Below, piece by piece: positions 1-64,000 of a stretch of DNA of 64,000 bases. The notes beneath the pieces are model-generated. The model searched no databases and was not told the DNA's origin. It saw only the letters and a list, made by a program, of their open reading frames with translations. The DNA is from Octopus sinensis (taxonomy: Eukaryota), in the NCBI RefSeq assembly GCF_006345805.1, contig NC_042998.1:198772001-198836000 (forward strand), written 5' to 3'. How positions within the stretch are numbered: the stretch's first letter is position 1; each line of letters opens with the position of its first letter. The position numbers and the translations under genes are program-made.

Positions 1-59635
<59,635 letters not shown>

Positions 59636-61167
59636 CTTTAAAATTACGAAGATGATGTATTTTTTCAGGTCCGAAATTATCCGTATTCGGTGAAAGGCAA
59701 AACGTTCTGCCGAGGGAGTAAATGTGCTTTAAGGGTGAGTTTTGGTCAAAGAAGTTAAATTATTAGATCAAGATGAATAACTAAAAAGACAGGCATTTGC
59801 GTAGCCAATACTTTCACGAACGAAATGCATCCAGTTGGAATGAGAGAACAGAAGCAACGACATTTACTGAGACAAACCTTACACTATTAGACAAATCGAA
59901 GGAGATATCTACAATGTCTACAATACAGATGTAAATAACAACTTCTGTAGAGAGTGTACTGAAACAAAGACAACGCACTGGCTCTTATATAATACTTATG
60001 GTAACAGCAGTAACAACAGCAATAATTATAATGAAGAAGAAGAATTAGAAGAAGAAGAGGGAGGATGAGAAGAAGAAGAAGAAGAAGAAAAGAAGAAGAA
60101 GAGAAGAAGAAGAAGAAGAAGAAGAGGAGGAAGAAGAAAAAGAAGAAGAAGAAAGAAGAAAGAAGAAGGAGAAGAAGAAGAAACAGAAGAAGAAACTCCT
60201 ATTTAGGCAGTGGAAAGGATTTAATCACTTACTTTCTCTTGTTCTATGTTGTAGGTATTAACTCGGCAAGGGGTTGAACAAAAATGGAGAACGGAGAAAA
60301 GCGACAAGAAGATAACGACAACAACCACAACAACAATAATAATAATAGAAGTCATTGACACACACTATGCAACCATTAAGGTGAAACGGTTGGCTACTTC
60401 ATCTCCTGCTGTCCAAACCTTGCCAAAGCCAAACAAACACAGTTGACCTGGTAGCTATGTCCTTTGGGCAAAATGCCAACACTTTGGTATGAAAACAGAC
60501 AAGAAATAATATATTCACAAAGTAAGAACGATATAAGACAACGACCAAGATTCAATCATATAGGATATACTTATACAAACTGGTTAAATCGTTCGAATGT
60601 AATAATCTATTTCTTTATTGCCCACAGGGGGCTAAACATAGAGGGGACAAACAAGGACAGACAAAGGAATTAAGTCAATTACATCGACCCCAGTGCGTAA
60701 CTGGTACTTATTTAATCGACCCCGAAAGGATGAAAGGCAAAGTCGACCTCGGCGGAATTTGAACTCAGAACATAGCGGCAGACGAAATACGGCTACACAT
60801 TTCGCCCGGCGTGCTAACGTTTCTGCCAGCTCGCCGCCTTCGTTCGAATGTAATAATCAAGTACGAAAAAGAATACACATGCACTCTGAGAGACATCTCC
60901 TCGACCTGCTCTCATTAAATCATTGCATGGAAGAAAGTGGAGAAACTATCCAAGTACATGGATCTTGAAATGAAAATAAACACGACGTGGACCAAGAGAG
61001 TGAAGCAGTACCTAAGCTGAAATATCAGAACACGACCCAAACAGTAGCTCGAACAGCTAATGTATAAATCCTAAAGAAGACCTGTTAATTCAAGAGCATA
61101 ACTTAAACTGTATAGTATATTCGCATAACAGATAACTTACACAATAAGCACTCAATAAAATAACGCG

Positions 61168-61566
61168 ATCCGTAGGAGTGGCTGTGTGGTAAGTAGCTTG
61201 CTTACCAGCCACATGGTTCCGGGTCCAGTCCCACTGCGTGGCACCTTGGGCAAGTGTCTTCTGCTATAGCCTCGGGCCGACAAAAGCCTTGTGAGTGGAT
61301 TTGGTAGACGGAAACTGGAAGAAGCCCGTCGTATATATGTATATATATATATGTGCGTGTGTGTTTGTGTGTCTGTGTTTGTCCCCCTAGCATTGCTTGA
61401 CAACCGATGCTGGTGTGTTTATGTCCACGTCACTTGGCGGTTCAGCAAAAGAGACCGATAGAATAAGTACTGGGCTTACAAAGAATAAGTCCCGGGGTCG
61501 AGTTGCTCGATTAAAGGTGGTGCTCCAGCATGGCCGCAGTCAAATGACTGAAACAAGTAAAGAGAG
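61168..61566 (+). mobile_element. SINE family C (tRNA head, accttgggcaagt CORE-like motif, internal microsatellite, CR1-like tail)
   Basis: Other partial copies at about 36150-36780, 38930-39090, 19745-19870 and 50360-50405. Confidence 0.8.
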
Positions 61567-62017
61567 ATCCATGCAGAAAATAGTATATACGATCATCACC
61601 CATCAAAATGAGACGACGCATACTCCTACACAAGTGATAATAGATACGTTAACACCACCAACTCACACAGTTCATGTTTTACACAGGCAAAACAGATTAA
61701 GGCCACACAAATTACATTCCACCTACTGAACACAATAGCCTTTTGACACTGAAATGCATAAGAGCAATCACACAACACCTACGAAACAGTTTACCACTCA
61801 ACAAAACATCGCAACAAACACAGTACATATCATACACAATAGGAGCAGGCACCATAAAAAGAAGTCAGCTTCAAAACAAAAGGAAAATCGATGTAGTATC
61901 GATTTTCCTTTGCGGTTTGCAAATCACAAAAAACGCTATGCTTCACACACCCCGGGAATATGGACATGTTCGTGGTGACGAAGTAGAAACGCGCGACAAC
62001 AACAATAATAGTAAGTA

Positions 62018-63089
62018 CTAGGAGTAGTCAAACATTATCTGCCCTTGCGCTAAAACTTTCTTTAAGGTTTGCGCACAACTTCCAACGCTCGCATGCTACA
62101 AGGTGGTACCCTTGTGGTTGCATTACCATGGCTTGACTTTGATCGCCTCACTTTGCTTTCTTGTGATACAGAATAAACATGACCGCTCCACCGGCTGTGT
62201 GCACCAAGGAAGAACAGAGATCAGTAATCCAATTTCTCTAGTTTGAAGGTGTGTCAGGGGGCTGAAAGTCATCGCAGGCTTTCGGTACAATAAGAGGACA
62301 GTACTCTACCGCGTTCAAGTGTGTATGAATGGATCGAAAAGTTTTAAAATGGCCTGAGAAGCGTTAAGCACGAGGAGGGAGGGTGATGCCCATCAACTAC
62401 TACCACTGTGCCGCCGGATATGGTTCTGGAGAACCGACGGATGATTTGGGTCCGTCACTTTGAACCAGAATCCAAAAAGCAGAGTACGGAGTGGAGACAC
62501 CCGGAATCACCAGTGAATAAGAAATTGAAGCCCCAACTTTCCGCAGAAAAAGTGTCGCTATCCATTTTAAAGAAGGCAAAAGGGGCCATGTTGGAATATT
62601 ACCTGGAGAAGGTTTCTACGTACACCAGTGTAGGCTAAAGTGAAAGGATGGTTAACAAACTGAAAACAGAATTTCGAGCTAAACGCTAAGGTCTATTGAC
62701 AAAGCAAGTGTTATTGTTGCATGGTAATACACGCCCATATATAGCCTCTTACAGCATTGAAATCGCTGGAAAATTGGATTTCGAATTACTGGAGTTCCTC
62801 GCATACAGTCTACGTCTCTCCACTTCCGACTATCACCTCTTGGACCGCTCAAATATCCTTTACATGCTCGTGGATTTGCTACGAACGAAGAAGCGCAAGA
62901 AGCGGTCATAAATGATTGCGCGACCAGTGAAAAGCTTCTTCTCCGATGGAACAAGCACACTTGTGGACCGATGGAAGTGCATCGAAAAGCAAGGAGAATA
63001 TGTCGAAAATGGATTTAATTGTTGAACCCCTGCTTTTGTTTTAATAAATTACAGAAACGAGAGAGAGTATAATTTTTGACTTACCCTTG
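62018..63089 (+). pseudogene. Decayed, internally deleted mariner element
   Basis: WVRHFEPESKKQSTEWRH, LLHGNTRPY, AYS.RLSTSDYHL and RWKCIEKQGEYVE; degenerate TIRs (tacaagggtaagtcaaaaattat-like) with TA ends. Confidence 0.85.
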
Positions 63090-64000
63090 TATTTTTAATT
63101 TAGACGCAAGGACAGCAGAAGAAAAGTGCTAGGCGATACGATCGACCCCGGCACTTGACCGTTATTTTATTTTATTGATCGGCAGGGATGAAAGACAAAG
63201 ATTATCTCGGCAGGATTTGAACTCGTAACGCAAAAGGCCAGAACAACTACCGCAAGATATATAAAGGATTCTGCCTTTGAAATGGTTTCTAACTTCGGTA
63301 CAACGCCAGCAATTTGGGGTAAAAGAGCTTAATCGATACCACCGACCCCAGTACTTTGAATGGAACTTTATATTAACAAGTACAAGAAGAGGAAAAACAA
63401 TGGTAACTGAGGAAGTGTGGAAGACTCGCAAAAAATACCGAGCAATTTTTTCCGACACTCTAATGAATTTGCTAATACGTCGTTCTAATAGAAACTACTA
63501 CAGCTGCTAATAAAGCTGCCGTTAGTGGTAATGATGACGATGATGGTGAGCATTACCAGTGCTGTTGATACTACTGCTAATTTTGCCGATTTAGAAATGT
63601 CTTTTAGATGTCAATAGATTTGTTAATTAAGAGTACATAATTAAAACGAAAATATCAGGATAGATATAGATCTTTAGAAACATGAAGAATATAAATAGCG
63701 AAAATAATCATATTAACGTTAAAGGCATAAGTAAACCGCGAAGACAAGCTTAGTACTTAGAAAGCAACAATAAATAAAAACATGTAAAACTGTAGAACAC
63801 CTACAGAATACTTCATGGAACAGATGACGAAGAAGAGACGCAGAGAGGAAAATGTAATGAAATGTAAATAAGAGGAAAAAAAATAATCTGAAAGAAAATC
63901 GTAATCATGGAGATTGTAAATATAGCAATAGTCTAAAAATGGAAATAGCTTAAGATTTCTATCAATAGAATATTTTCTCGTGGACAGAAAAAAAAAATAA

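Overview
AT-rich animal genomic DNA dominated by microsatellites and repeats. The SINE families and 5S sequence suggest an octopus/cephalopod; this is inference and no database was searched. Almost the whole window appears to lie inside one minus-strand gene. I found eight candidate coding exons: 59508-59635, 59154-59268, 26653-26789, 24619-24776, 20990-21170, 5100-5861, 646-1091 and 1-43 (runs off the window). All have GT/AG boundaries and their phases chain without a break into about 650 aa. The N-terminal part resembles divergent neuralized-homology (NHR) repeats, and the tail is disordered with a YLDM motif and a polyQ tract. The introns hold three tRNA-derived SINE families (one in fixed-junction tandem multimers), CR1/Jockey-like, R4/Dong-like and Penelope fragments, decayed mariner and maT transposases, a hAT-like element, non-autonomous Helitrons and a 119-bp x5 tandem array. 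The best leads are: (i) a full 5S rRNA fused to a retroposon tail found only inside (TA)n; (ii) a Penelope-linked minimal hammerhead ribozyme with a U3-A8 core swap; (iii) a long-hairpin element with retroposon-type insertion marks, one copy abutting a splice acceptor; (iv) multi-module SINE chains inside single target-site duplications. Most long ORFs in the supplied track are microsatellite artefacts. Repeat boundaries are approximate unless a TSD or TIR is quoted.
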